Shown here: positions 11,768 through 24,982 of the stretch, one piece after another
Numbering within the stretch: the first letter of the stretch is position 1
How the letters are laid out: each line of letters starts with the position of its first letter
From: Zygnema circumcarinatum SAG 698-1b
Taxonomy: Eukaryota > Plantae > Zygnematophyceae
Direction of reading: 5' to 3'
Assembly: GCA_037447605.1 (NCBI GenBank)
Contig: CM074807.1
Span: forward strand, 2,366,327-2,430,326
DNA length: 64,000 nucleotides
Notes under the pieces: model-generated
The model's input: only the letters and a program-made list of their open reading frames with translations
Database searches by the model: none
Told to the model about the DNA's origin: nothing
Program-made: the position numbers and the translations under genes

Positions 11768-12459
11768 GAGTTTACTTTACAGAAACTTTCTTGAAATACT
11801 TTTTCGAATCATATTTTTGCCTCTACACAAGTGAACACAATGCTCCCAAAAATAAACCTTTGTTTGCAAAATTTTGTTTTTGATTCAACCACATAATACT
11901 TTTGTTGCACAAAACGTACAAATAGCGTGGTGTCTGTACCTTGAAAGTGCCCAACAAAATTGCGTAACTTTCTTGACGGGATCGCCAATTTTGTTTAGGA
12001 TTGCTTCAATCACGTCTTTCCAAAATCTGCCATTAGAGCCAAACCTCGTTTCGAACCAATATCTTACCAGCCCGAGTGTCCTGGGCCGAGAACTGCAGCG
12101 CTGTGCGTCCACATCCCTGACCCCTCCCTCTGCCAACAACAATGTGTGCGTGTGCCAGCAAGCGCTCTTTGGTTTCCCTCAAATAAGGGAAGATTCAAAT
12201 GCGCCTGCAGCAAACGTGCCATCCATCCATCCATCCATCACACATTGATCAGACTCGTCCGCAAGCATGTCCCACTCTTCATGGGAACCATTCATCCTCA
12301 TATCCAACAGCGGTGAAATGAATTGTCAGGTTTCTTCTTCGCATTGCTCGGAAGGAGGCCATCCTTTGTCGCTTTGAAAGAAGGATGATGTGGCATTGAT
12401 CTCACGAAGGAAAGCCTCCCCCCCTTAAAGTTTGGGACTTCAAGGTGCACAACATCATC

Positions 12460-15400
12460 ATGTTGGAGGCGAGTTGCGCCGCGCGGGCGCCTCCCCTTCC
12501 AGTCCCAGTTCCAGTCCCGCCTGGCACGAGGCCGCCCCTTCACCCTAAAATCGCCGTTCTCGCTCAAGGAGAGCGCGCGCCCTCTTCCCAGTTCGACCGA
12601 CCGCGGCAGCAGGCGAGCTGCGTGGCATCCATGGCGACGGCCACGTGGCACCCGGCTCCGTCGCTGCGTGCGGAGAGCCACGTGTCTCGCGCTGCTCTTG
12701 CCACGTGGCAGTGCAGGCAGCGTGTCAGCGCCCTGCCTGCTGTCGGCCATGGCGCCTCGTCGTGCAGGGGGCTGCACTCGGCCCGCCCTTGGAGCTCCTC
12801 CTCTCGCAATGGCGGCCAGGCCGTGCAGAGGGGAAACGCGGTTTGTCAAGCGCAGGCTGGAGAGGCCGGCGCACAGAGTGCAGTCAGCGACAAATCACAG
12901 CTTTTGGAGGGCCTGCGGACGGCCATTGCCCAGGTGAGTTTGTTGAGCATACAGCTGCGAGGCTGTAGCGGCAGGAAGTGAGAGGGAGGCGTATGGACTT
13001 GTTTACTTAAGCAGTGCATTGCCCTGTGGTGATTGCTTGCCTGTGATTACTTGAGCATACTCTAGCTTCCAGTCAGCTGACTTAGGCCATATAGCTTTGC
13101 TGTATTTCAGAAGGACTCAGAAGCGGTGAAGTCGGCGCTGGATGCACTCAAGGAGGCAGAATTGTCGAAGTTGTGGCGCAGCTACGCTAATGTGTCTCGA
13201 CGCACGGTATGCTCTCTCCCGTCCAGACGAAAATGCGCTAACGAAACAAAGTGCAAAAACATAGATAAGATATGATAAGGAATTTTAGGAATGGGAGCAT
13301 TCTAAGCTGGTGCTCACACAGATGCGCCGAACAGAGTGGCCACAGGGTTCTGCAAATGCCGGATGAGTTCGCAGGCAATGTAGTAGTGATAAAGTCTGAT
13401 GAAGTTGGCTATTTAAGACACTGATGCTCATGTTTACTATCCACCTATCCCTGACGGAGTTGCCATTTAAAATGCCATCGTGCATGCGCGTGCATCACAC
13501 GGAGTTTTTCAAGAACGCCGAATTCAAACGGTTTTTTATGCACTCCTAGGTTTGTCCAGTGAGTCGTATCAGCACAAGCGGAAGACCTTAATCGACTTAT
13601 TAAAAGTAGCATTGTCACAATCATCGTTGTTAGGGATGCTTGTAGCGGCTGCATGTGTGCAACCAATCCTTCTTTTAAGGCAACGACTGTGTGTTCCTCT
13701 AAGGGCAGGCTGCAAGATACAGCCATGAATCGGCTGGAGTAAGAATCTTTTTTGTGCTAACTTGGATTTTTTTTTATTCCGCATGTAAATGCAGTAAATG
13801 AGGAAGGACATTGTATCTGATGCAAAGGCCACATATCTTTATGTGAATGAATATTTTACAATTCATGTCCATAAAGGAAACGCTGATGAATATCGGGATG
13901 GGGCATATTCCGCATTAAATGTAATGCAAGTAAACTTAACGGAAATTAGTGAGGACGATGGCAACAACCTAGCCAACAATGGTTTAGGGATTTTGTAACG
14001 ATCAAGTTCACATACCTAGAAAAGCAACGAGCCGTCAGTTTGCTGCTTGCAGATTATTTGATCTGTTTTAATCTTCTTTTGAGATATTCATTCATACCTA
14101 AAGCAGCAGTGCCCGGGAAACGGGAGCAGACGTTCATGCGAGAGCTGACTCAGATCGGAATCAAGAACCCAGAGGAGCTCGCCATTCCTAGTGTCCGCAA
14201 TGACGTAAGCTGGCCCCAAACGAGAGCTCATACTCCCCTCAACAACTATGTGCAAGTTTTCTTGATGATTCTTATCAACTCCCAGGCTGTTTCGTACTTT
14301 AAGTCACCTTACCTTTCTGTTCCTTCACTCTAGAGCCAAAGTGCTTGCCAAGCGTCGATTGTGAAGTCTCCTTACCTCTACTTTCCTACATTCATTTAGG
14401 AAAAGTTAAGCACCAAAGTAAAACTAGTCATGGCTGCCTATATGATGGAGCTCCCTGCCTCCTTTCCATCATACCTCTTTAATTTGAGGCTGCCATGGAA
14501 CTGGACATGGCTCTGTGGCAGGCAGTTGGCATTTTTGGTGGCTGTGGTCGGCTCGACCTCCTTCCTCGCCGTGCTGGCAGGGCAGCTGCCCGGGGTGAGA
14601 GCGTACAGCTTCCGACGGAGCTTTGCTTCTACCAGCAAGATGGCATCTTGAACTTTCCTTCTCACACAAGTAAGCATATCAAAGGTAAATGAAAGCACCG
14701 CGTTTCTATGCTTTGTACCTTCCTTGACATTTCTGTTGGCCATGTGTTCGTGCAGGATTGGGGATTCTTTGTTCCATATCTATTGGGGAGCATTTCTTTG
14801 GTGGTCCTCGCCATAGGCAGCACTGCACCTGGGTAAGCTCCTGCTCCTGTCCGTCATCCAAAATAGCGAACTCGTAAGCCCGCTGTTTAAAAGTGGGAAA
14901 TCCTGAACTTTTAGTTTCACTGTTCATGGGTTGCTGCAGGCTGCTGCAAGCTGCTATTGGATTGTTCTCGCAGGGCTTCGCGGACACCAAGCCGAGAGTT
15001 CTCCGCCATGAAGCGGCCCACTTTCTTGGTATGTTCTTTAGGTGGCAATGAAGAAAATAACTTCAGTAAATGACACATTTTCGACGTTCTTTAAACCGGA
15101 GAGGGCAGATCACCGGCTCCTCTGCTATGTGATAGGTTCCTCTGCATAGAATTAGATGTCCCCATGTTTTTGAGCAGGCTCCAATATGAGAAAGAAGAAA
15201 AGCGAATACCGTAGGAGAAGTTGGGGTGATCCATTTATTGAATCGTAGGAAATGACGTTTTTGTTCCGGGTTTGCAGTTGCCTATTTGCTGGGTATTCCA
15301 ATAATCGGTTATTCGCTGGACCTCGGCAAAGAGCACACCAACTTGACTGACGAGAAGCTGCAGAAGCGAATCTATGAGGGACGACTGGAGGCGCCGGAAC

Positions 15401-16066
15401 TTGACAGGTCACTCCACTGCTCATTCAGTCGTCCATTTGTCTAAGACCGCCATTTTTCTTACCCATGTCTCCCCCCAAGCCCACTCACAGCGTGTATGTC
15501 CTTCTCCATTGTTTGTCTTGGAGAGGGCAGACTGGCTGTGGTCTCCATGGCAGGCCTCGCCGCAGAGGGTCTCTTCTACGATAAAGTCATCGGCCAATCA
15601 GCAGACCTCTTTACTCTCCAGGTGCTTTTCTATGAGTCCCTGTCTTTGCCGTATTCAGGGTCTGGGCGTGTGAAGGGTTACCTAACCCTAAAAACCCTAA
15701 AAAACCTGTTGGTGCGCAAGTGTTGATTGAAATGAACTGTGGGGCCTTGCTGGTGGGGGCAGAGGCTGTTGAACCGCAGCAAGCCCGCGCTGTCCAACGA
15801 GCAGCAGCAGAGCTTGACGCGCTGGGCAGTGAGTGCTTGACCCTGGCACGTGCAGACATTCGCAAACGGTTCCATGGGACATGTGTTAGGGCTGTTTTGG
15901 TGGAGGCCTCTGGCAACGGAACTGAAAGCTGTTGTTTGTGCAGGTCTTCTATGCAGCATCACTGCTGAAGAGCAACGCGGCGGCCTTTGAAGAGCTGCAG
16001 AAAGCCATGGCGAGATCGGCTCCCGTTGAAGACTGCATTCTTGCAGTGGAGGGTGCCAAGGTGTGA
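12460..16066 (+). CDS. Plastid membrane protein with FtsH/M41-like HExxH protease domain, no AAA domain (At2g21960-like)
   Basis: Spliced GT-AG exons give ELAIPSVRND, LAGQLPGDWGFFVPYLLGSISLVVLAIGS, RVLRHEAAHFLVAYLLG, LAVVSMAGLAAEGL, GQSADLFTLQ, LTRWAVFYAASLLK. The Ser/Arg/Ala-rich N-terminus resembles a transit peptide. Start is 12460 or 12631. Confidence 0.85.
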
Positions 16067-16439
16067 TGTTCTCTGAGTCTGGGATTTAGACGTTTCCAGG
16101 GCCTTTGTGTTTGCCGAAAATCGGCTCACTAGTTTTGTTCTTTGCACTTTGAATGTATCCTGGCTTCCCTCTGAAGGGCGGCCCCCAGACACGTCTGTGA
16201 CATGCGGACAGAAAGAAGGGACCCTCCTAGACAGTGCTAGGCAGTTAGTGTTATGGAGCCCGATAGACTGATTTGCCTCAGCTACCTTTCGCTGTACATG
16301 TAAACGCTTTAAGCAGGATATTTGACAATGATATATTTCGTTCTACTTTCGGAAGAGGAGACGAAGTCGGCAGATGCGAAGATGCGCGAGCCGTCAAGAA
16401 TGATTTTTTTTGTCCTGTGAAATGTGAAAAAGCTCGCTA

Positions 16440-17817
16440 AGGCCCTCCCTCCCGCAGGACAGGGAGAACAGCGAAAGCCGCGCGCCCCTCCCTCCGCAGC
16501 CCCGCCTCTCGCCCCGCCCCGCCATGCATGCATGCATGCATGCGTGCACGCGCTGGGGGGGCCGCCTGTGTCGCCGCCCAAATGGCCGCCGTCCGGCCCG
16601 TCCCGTCCCGGGCCGTTCTGTCCCGTCCGTCGCCGTCGCGCGGTTACCGCCCCGCCCCGCGGCAGAGGGAGGGCCGCGGCAACCGCCCCCCTGCGCCGCC
16701 GCACTAGAGCGCTTCGGACGCCGACGTGGCGCCGCACCATTCGCTCAGCCGGCATCCGACACGCGCGGTCCCTCCTGTCTCCTGCCCGCACACCCCGCTG
16801 CGGCGCACCCGGGCGGGTCCGGTCACGCGCCGTACGGACGGACGGCGGGAGGGCGGGGGGCACGTCCCGGCCGTCGCTTGGGCTCTGCGCCCGCCCGCGC
16901 CGCGGCGGGCGGACTGTCGGCCGTACAGGAGGGGGGCTGGACAAGCGCGGCGCCGCCACGTGGCCACCCAGTTATCCGCCCGCCCGTCGTCGGTTCAGGT
17001 CGCAGTCGACGTCAGCACGCGGCCGACTCTTACGTCATCCACCCCCGCCCGCCCAGCCGTCCCTGGCGGCGCCTTGTCGCGTTGCGGGACCCGCCCGCGC
17101 GCCCAATCATGCCGCCCACTTGCGCCCGCCCGGCCGCCCGCCCCTCCCTGCCGGCCGGCCGGCGGAGCGGGGCGGGGGCCGCGGCGGGAGGCGGCCGGCC
17201 GGCAGGGGGACGTCCCCGATCTCCGGACGACGTATTTTTCGTTGCTTGGGACCGCAGGGCCCCTGCGCGGTGCCACGCGTCCCTCGGCGGCCGTTGGGCG
17301 AGTCAACCTCCGCGTGTACGGCCGCTCCCGTCGTCGCCGTCGGCTTGCGGCGCGCGGCGGCGTCGCTCGCGCGCCCCCGCGGGGGTGGCTCTGCGCGCAA
17401 CCCCCGCGGCGGCTCCGTCCAACTGCCGCCCGGCGGCTGCCAACCGCCCGCCGCCGGGAGCCGCCCCGAGCTGAGCGCGCGTTCCCCGCCAACCACCCGC
17501 CGGCCGTCCTCAGCCAACGGCGCGCGGCCGGCAGCGCGGACGTGGCGGGTCCGGACGGGCGGGCGGGCGGCGGCGCGAGGGGGCGTACGGCGCTGGCGGG
17601 AAGGGGAGGGGAGGGGCTAAAGCGAGCCCGAGCGCCAGCGGGGGAGGCAGCCAAACCGCTCGCTCTCGCGCTCGCCCGCAGCGGTTTGGTCGGTCGGTCG
17701 GTGGTCGGGCAGACCGCTCCGCTCCGCGCGGCTCGCGACAGCTCCCCTCCCCTCGCCGCCCCGCGCCTCGCCTCCCCTCGCCTCCCCGCGCGGCCCTTTT
17801 CTCCCCCGCCCCCCACC
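16440..17817. promoter_or_regulatory. Very GC/CpG-rich island upstream of the HLH gene
   Basis: Extreme GC content, (CATG)n at ~16523-16545, GCCACGTGGC at ~16955, several CCGTAC/GTACGG sites. The long ORFs here are low-complexity and have no recognisable domain. Confidence 0.6.
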
Positions 17818-19176
17818 ATGGCCTTCCTCACTCGAGCCGCGCCGCCACCGCACGCGCCTCTCACATTGTCCAGATCTGACGTGCTCGCGCTCGCCATGGC
17901 TTCCAGCAGCCCCTCCCCCGCGCAGCAGCTGCAGCAGGCTGTGGCCGCCCTGCAGCTGCTGCAGTGCCTGCAGGGCGCGCGCGCCGAGCTCGAGCAGCGC
18001 CACCTCCCCGCGCAGCTCGCCCTCCTCGCGCCCTATCTCCGCCTCGCTGCTACCTCGAAGCAGCACTCTTACCTCCCCACCCTCCAGCATCCACTCGCCA
18101 CCTCGCCCTTCACGCCTTCCATGGCCTCCCCCTCCACTCCTCTCCACTTCAGTATGAACGCCGCTGTGGAGACGACCTCCGCGGAGCCATTGAGCTGCAC
18201 GCAGGCCACCCATCCCGCCCAGTCCTTGAGGTATGCGCCCAATTCCCCCTCACTCCCCTTCCCGTCTCTCCCCATCTTCCTACAATTTGCAGGCCTTTCT
18301 CTTTCCTTCCACATACAGCGAGACTGACACGCGCTTCTTGTGGTGCTTCAGCAGTGTTCACTCCGCTCTGAACCCTAATTCCCCGCAGTGCGACATGAGC
18401 GAGTCCTTCCTGGCCGAGCAGTCGGAGGTGCTCTCGGGGCCCGTGTGGGAGCAGGCGCCGCTGCTCCGCGCGGGCGGGGACTGGACGGAGGACTATGGCC
18501 TCGACAACTTCACGGAGGCCACGTGGTTGGACGACGTGCTGTGCGCGGATGGCAATGCGGGCACAGCGCAGACGGGGGGGAGACCGCACAGCGAGACCGG
18601 GGAGGGCTTTGCATTAGACACTTGGGTGGCGGATAATGGGGAGGAGGGGGTGGGCGAGGTGGGAGGGGCGGCAGAGGTGAGAACCCGGGAGGAGGCGGGA
18701 GAAAAAGAAGCGTCCGGGAGGAAGAGGAGCAGAGGAGAAGCTTCTGTGTGTGGGGTGGAGGAGAAGGGGGGGAAGAAGAAGAGGATTGAAGGGGAGGGTG
18801 AGAAGAATGCTAAGGAGCAGCAAGTGGGAAGCCATGGATGTGCGACAGCTGAGTCCTCGGAAGAAGAGGAGTTGGAGCGCTCCTTATTGCCGAAAATGCG
18901 CGCTCTACAGGTGAGGACGAGACTGAGGCTGACCCTACATTGATGCAGCGCTGAAGCTCATTGCAGCTCCCTCTCGCTCTCTCTTTCTCTCTGTTCCTTG
19001 CAGCTGACAGTATTCTTCCTATCTTTGTGCAGGACCTTGTGCCGAACAGCCACACGCTTGATCCCGCAAGCCTATTGGACCACGCCATCAACTACGTGAC
19101 ATCCCTTCAAAACGACCTGCAAGTCCTGCGCAGCAGACGGCATGGCAGCCATGGCGCCCGCTCGCAGCGATCCTGA
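17818..19176 (+). CDS. Atypical helix-loop-helix protein lacking the basic region
   Basis: Exons 17818-18230, ~18351-18910, 19033-19176. HLH core [38 protein letters not shown] has the typical plant bHLH phase-0 intron and is preceded by acidic ESSEEEELERS. Confidence 0.8.
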
Positions 19177-20361
19177 GGGTTGGATCTGCTTCGTGCATAG
19201 TGCTCGGTATTAGCACTAAAGCTGTGAAAGCAATAGGGGACCTTTAGGGAGCTGAACGAGCATAAAAGAGGAGACACCCAAACATTGGGTCTCGTGAGGT
19301 TAGGAGGTTAAATAATTATTCATTCATTCAATTTTAGATTTGTGCATAGACAGCAAGAATTGGCTGAACCGGCACCTTGTATAATGTTTCGCTTCTCGCG
19401 GACTTCTTCCTGTCATATAGCACAGCTCTTTTTCCAATCGAAACCAATGTCCGTCCAAAACTATTTGTTTGTTTGGCTGATGGGTTCGTGATCTCAGTTA
19501 CAATTGTGGGGTCTGCTATTTGTATCGCTTTGTGGTTCATAGCCCTCAAAAACCCTTTAAACCCTTAAAGTTCTGAACTGCCACTTTTCAGTGCAAGTCC
19601 ACGGAGACTGTCTGGACGTTCGCTTGAAATGAAATGAAACGAAAAAATGAAATGAAATGCACTGCGAAACCCTAAAACCCTCGTTCTGTCACATTTCCTC
19701 ACCTTGGTTTTAGCGCTTTAAGGACCTACACGTGGCATGTTGTTGCCACTGTTCTGCTTGGATCCGTGGCAGTGCAGCACGTTGTGCTTTTCTCCATGCC
19801 ATCACTGCGTTTGCTGGAAACGGGGGTCCATTCGACAGATGAATGGCCTCTCTGGCACGCTCGTAAGCGCAGCCTGAAGGAGCTGAAGCGGCCCCTACAT
19901 ACAAACGTGGGCAAGAGCCAGAATACCGCCTTGGGATTGAATCTGCATCTTATACATCGAGCTGGAAGTAGACGGCTGGACACTTCAGAAAATGAATAAG
20001 AAAAAGCGTTAGAAGCGAATTGACAAGGGTGACTCCCAGTCCTACTGCACACCAAGTGTTTGTCGATAACTTCAAAATTTCATTTAAAATAACATCGGAA
20101 TCAAATGATAGTTAGAGTACTCGGAGGCATGTCTAAGCATATACTAAAGATACTCGCCACATCTGTCTCTTGCTGCGGTAATGAGACTTCAGGAAGTGAG
20201 TCCATGGACAAAGTCAGCACAGAGCACCACGGCGTGGCCTGTATCGCGCAGACCGATGCAGCTCGATATGGCGCGTATCGTCTCGTTGACCGTGGAGAAG
20301 CGCAGCGAGCGCAGGGCAGGACAGGGCTTGCCGGGAAGGAGAAGAGCTTCCGCCTGCTGCA

Positions 20362-23300
20362 ATGGCGGCCATGGATCTTGCAGGTCTGAAGGACTATGTG
20401 AACCGCCCATCCGGCCAGGAGATGGCCGCCAGCACGGTGACACTCAATATTTCTCATTCAAATCTGAAGCAGCAGTTCATGGAAATTCGTTTCGATCTTC
20501 ATGTACGCGCACTGCTCCTGAAACTGAGATTGGCTGCAGCAGGTGAATCCTTAGAAGATTCTGCAGCCGGCGCTGCTCTTTCACTTGTATTTGCGAATGG
20601 TTTTGGAGTCAGTACGTCCAGAGTTTACATTTCTCTGATTTTCCTGGAGAGATTTTATCTCGAAGAGATTGATCCACATATTGGCCTATAAATAGGAGGT
20701 GTACATTCACGTGAGGGTGAATGTGCACTTAAACATGCTAATGCCTAAGGCTTGCTGACCATCCTATACCATTAATCGTGTTAGAGTGCTCTGCATTAGC
20801 TGGAATGCGTAAGAGATATCTGTCCGTTTCTGAAAATGTCACCTTTTTTTGCTTTCTATGAATTGTACGAGAATAACAGAGAAATTTATCGCTAAAAGCA
20901 TCTCGCGCTTGTACGCAGACATCTATCGAAAGAGTGAAGGAGAGGCTGCGAAGCCATACAGGCACCTCTGTCGACTCGATGCGCTTGGAGCTCTACGACA
21001 GCCGCAACTCTCTTATGGGTGTCCTCGCGGATGACTTTCGACCGCTTGGATTCTATTCACCCGCGCACGGGTGAGGCGGGCTGTGATTTTTTCTGCATCT
21101 GTCGTCACGATTTACTGGTCAACGCCTTCTTTTCTTTTCTTTCCAAATCAATTTCATGCTCTCACTGCTTACCACTTGTCAAATGTTAATCCTTGGAAAG
21201 GACATAAACAGTATCAGGAAGTTACAGGCTTTGTCGTGCTGACAAGCGATGCACGATAGTAAGCAAATTCGACGCTTTCGTCTGCAGGTATCGCCTGCAT
21301 GTGATCGATTTAGATCCAACATCTTTGTCGGTCCGAGGGGGCCTAGAAGACACGTCTCTCGTACAGAAATATACCATCTCGGATGATGCCTACAGCAAAA
21401 GGGAAGGTAAGCGGTAAATATTCGTATCCATTACGCATTCATATACTGTCAATTATTGGGAGAAACATCACCCTTAGCAAAAAGCTCTAACCCTAAACCC
21501 TAATCCCTGACCTTAACTGCTACACCTTCAACCTTAAACCCTAAATATTAAACCCTAAACCCTCAACCCCAAAACGCAATCCCCAAATCCTTAATTCTAA
21601 CCCCTAAACCCTAACCCTGAATCCCACACCCCAGACATCAATCTCTAGCCTTACCTCCTAGACCCCAAACCCGAAACCCCAAGCTCCAGATCCCAAACCC
21701 TAATCCCTAACCCTACGCCCTAACCCTGAACCCTAAAGCCCACAACCCAAACTCCGACCCCCAAGGCCCAAACGCAAATCCCTAAGCCCTAATCCCTAAA
21801 CCCGAAAGCCTAAACCTGAAACCCTTAACCCCGAGGCTCTTTGCATGGTGATCGGCATGTAACTTTTTGGCTCATTTTGCCTTCGAGTCTGGTTGGCTAT
21901 CGTTGAAAAAATGTGGTACAAGCCCTAAAAGGCTCGCCCGCAGTCTGCCATTTTGTCAGCAGTGTGATGTGGGACTACAAAGGTGGCTTCTCTTTTAGTC
22001 CTTTCTGGTTTTGGTTCACAGAAAGCCAAGTACAGAGGACCCAACAGGTTGGCGGCCTGTACTTGCAGGGACCTACCTCAAGTTCAAGGAGCAAAAAATT
22101 GCACAAGATCCTACTTGGACCCTTCACAAGGTGTGTGAAATAGACCTTCAATTGGACTTTGGTTTTTAGTGTAGCAATCATAATAGCTTGAAGCAAGCGC
22201 CTGTCGGTGAGGCAGCTAATGTTTCTTGAAGCCGATAGAAGGCATCTAAACTGCCTGTAGCAGAGAGAATCTGCACACATGTTGCCTGAAGCCGAGGGGT
22301 TTTTATGTGTATGCATTTTTGGGGTGGAATCTTGATGCAGTACTGAACGATGTACGTGATTTACTCGCTAAACTAATGAGCTATTGGCATGGAGTTGCAG
22401 GAGATGGCAGCCAAGAGAGGAGAGACAGCCCCGAGCAATCAGGTTAGCATCATTTCAGTGGATGATTTATTGCATATACAAACATTCCTTAGGAAAAATT
22501 ACCAGCTTTAAACTTCTCAGCTATGAACCGTGACATAGACATGACATTGTTGTGTTTGTTGTCTTACGTTAGAACAATGCCGACCTTTGCCGGGGATCAT
22601 GCGTGGCTCTCTTAGCAGTATGGTTGATAGAACTCAGCAAGTGTTGCAGGGAGACCCATGATCTCCATGCGATGCATGCTTCTCGAAGCCATGGCTGCCT
22701 ACTGATCTCGCCCTCTCGCTTTGCTGGAAAGTGCAGCCCTTGCCAGATGACTACATGGCTGACCTGGCGGAGCACATAAAGGTATTGCGCAGGCATGCGC
22801 AGAGACAATCCCACTCAACCCTATCTTGCTTCGCTGCCGCTACGAATGCGCCATTGCGAACGAATGAATGAACGAATGAATGAATGAATGAATGAACGAA
22901 CGAATGAATGAATGAATGAATGAATGAATGAATGAATGAATGAACGAACGAATGAATGAATGAATGAATGAATGAATGAATGAATGAATGAATGAATGAA
23001 TGAATGAATGAACGAATGAATGAATGAACGAACGAATGAATGAATGAACGAACGAATGAATGAATGAATGCATGCCGCAATGCATGTGAGTGCGGGTGAG
23101 TGCAGGTGGGTGACAGGTGCGAGGTGGGCCCGGGCGAGCGGAGGGGCTCTGTTGCGTATGTGGGGGCGGTGGCGGGGCTGCCCGCCGGGTGGTGGGTTGG
23201 GGTCCGCTACGACGAGCCCTCGGGGAGGCACGATGGCGAGTGAGAATATAATGCTCGGCAGAACTGTCCTTGTTTGAATCGGCAAACCTTGTTTTTGTTA

Positions 23301-23871
23301 AGTGAATGTCAGGCAGTAAGCTATGTAGCGAAGGCTGAGGGGAGTATTCAACGTTCTGCAGGGAGTTATTGTCGGCAGAGTAATCTTAAGGGCTGGGTTT
23401 CTTTCGAGTTATGTGTTTGACAAAGGAAAGCTGTTTGTCGCTCGGTTTTCAAACACAATGCAGGGTGAATGGAAAGCGTTACTTTCAGTGTCCTCCAGGC
23501 TATGGCGCCTTCATTCGACCGGACAAGGTCAAGGTAAGAATTGTGATATTTAACATCCACTCCCTCCGCCATTGCTGCCATTTCTGACCGTAGGCAACCT
23601 CAGTAACTTTTGAAGGTAGGATTGCACTTCATCGCGGAGGGTATTGTTTGTCGCGCTTTGTAGTCAGGATTATAGAATCTCTTCTTAATCAGGCCACTCG
23701 CAATTGACAGGGTTTCACATTGTCAGGCTTCCGTCATCAAATTTGTATTCGTATCCTGTTTCTTCAAACTTTCACAGTTTAAATTTTCCAAGAAGTGGGT
23801 TCGGAGGGGGGGGGCAGGTGGGCGATTATCCAGAGCATGATCCGTTTGACGACGACCCGGACGAGATCTGA
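20362..23871 (+). CDS. TFCB: Tubulin-folding cofactor B (ubiquitin-like + CAP-Gly domains)
   Basis: Exons encode [116 protein letters not shown]. Confidence 0.93.
21486..21832. repeat. Degenerate interstitial telomere-like array (CCCTAAA variants) in a TFCB intron
   Basis: About 345 bp of aaccctaaaccct/aatccct/aacccga-type heptamers. Confidence 0.88.
22857..23070. repeat. (GAAT)n microsatellite with GAAC variants, TFCB intron
   Basis: Seen directly. It explains the HSFI-repeat ORFs on the minus strand. Confidence 0.97.
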
Positions 23872-24982
23872 TGGCGGACCTTCAAACTCCTCCAAGAGCC
23901 TGCCGGTCTTCAAGACCAATCACTTCTTTTTTCTGCCGACTGCTTGATGTGACAACTGGATGATGCGTCATATCGGGATGCCACGCCCGCCATGTGGAAA
24001 GCAAGCGCACTGGGCTTGTTGGGACAAGTGAGGGTATGGTCTGCAGGTCCGTTCAATTGTTTCTATCTTGTGCTGTGTAAAAAAAATAAGATGTACAACG
24101 GAGCTCATCCGCCTGCATTTAGTCGAAATGAGTTGTTGCGAGGTGCCTTGGTGCAACCACTTGTTTGAGATTCCGATGTTATTCAAGGCTCTTGTGAGAC
24201 CAATGCCATTTCTCGTCGACTTCTTGTCTCCTTTCCCCTTCCTTCCTTCTGGAACTACTGCATGCATGCATGCATGCATGTGCATGGCCGGCGGCCCTTA
24301 CTCGTCGCGGCTGGCTGTTAAGTTCTCTCTGAGCTAGCCATGGTCGTTAACTATATCAGATATTCTATCAATGAAGCCCCAACGAGATGAGATGAGAGGA
24401 CCCCGCCCGCCTTTTGCCCGAGGCTGGACCGAGGAAGGCTTTGAGCTATGTGCAACGCAGTTCGAGGGCAGTTCCGTCCCTTCCCACGCTCAACGCCGCC
24501 CACAGATCGCGCAGGGCCGCCGCCTTGCCATGGTACGGCACGCGCCGGGTCCCGGCGCTAGGGCGCTAGGGCTGCGTTGTTGTGCCTAGGCGTAGTTTTC
24601 CGCTCCTAGCTTCGTTTAATTATGTTTCGGTCCTTTGTGACCAGTCCTTCGTGGTTGCACATTTTGCCTTTGTCCATGTACATTTGATGGCCTCGCCATC
24701 GCGAGTTCAATGAAAGTTTTTCACGCCATTCAAAAGTACCAGAAAGTACACAAAAACGTACAAAAAAGTACAGAAACCAAAAAGTCCTTCAGATCCCGAA
24801 AATGAAACCCAAAATGGTCCCGACAATAAGTAAAATACGGGATTTCAGGGAATTCCCTTATTTGACGATGCCTGCTCGTAAGCCCGCGCCTGTACGGCGC
24901 CTCGCCGTACGATTGAAGGCGCTCAAAAGATGCCGGCGGCTGGGCTGCTTGAATGTGCTTGAAGGTCAGCGGACTGGGCGCC

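Noticed and set aside
16309-17817. Overlapping 200-530 aa ORFs on both strands
   Set aside because: Pro/Arg/Ala/Gly low-complexity products caused by stop-codon scarcity in a GC island. Only the part from ATG 17818 joins the HLH gene.
23230-23245. Apparent GC donor in the TFCB CAP-Gly exon
   Set aside because: Phase analysis shows the GT donor (GGC GA|gtgaga) gives the correct HDGEVNGKRYF.
22751-23285. ORFs with HSFI repeats
   Set aside because: Translation of an intronic (GAAT)n microsatellite.
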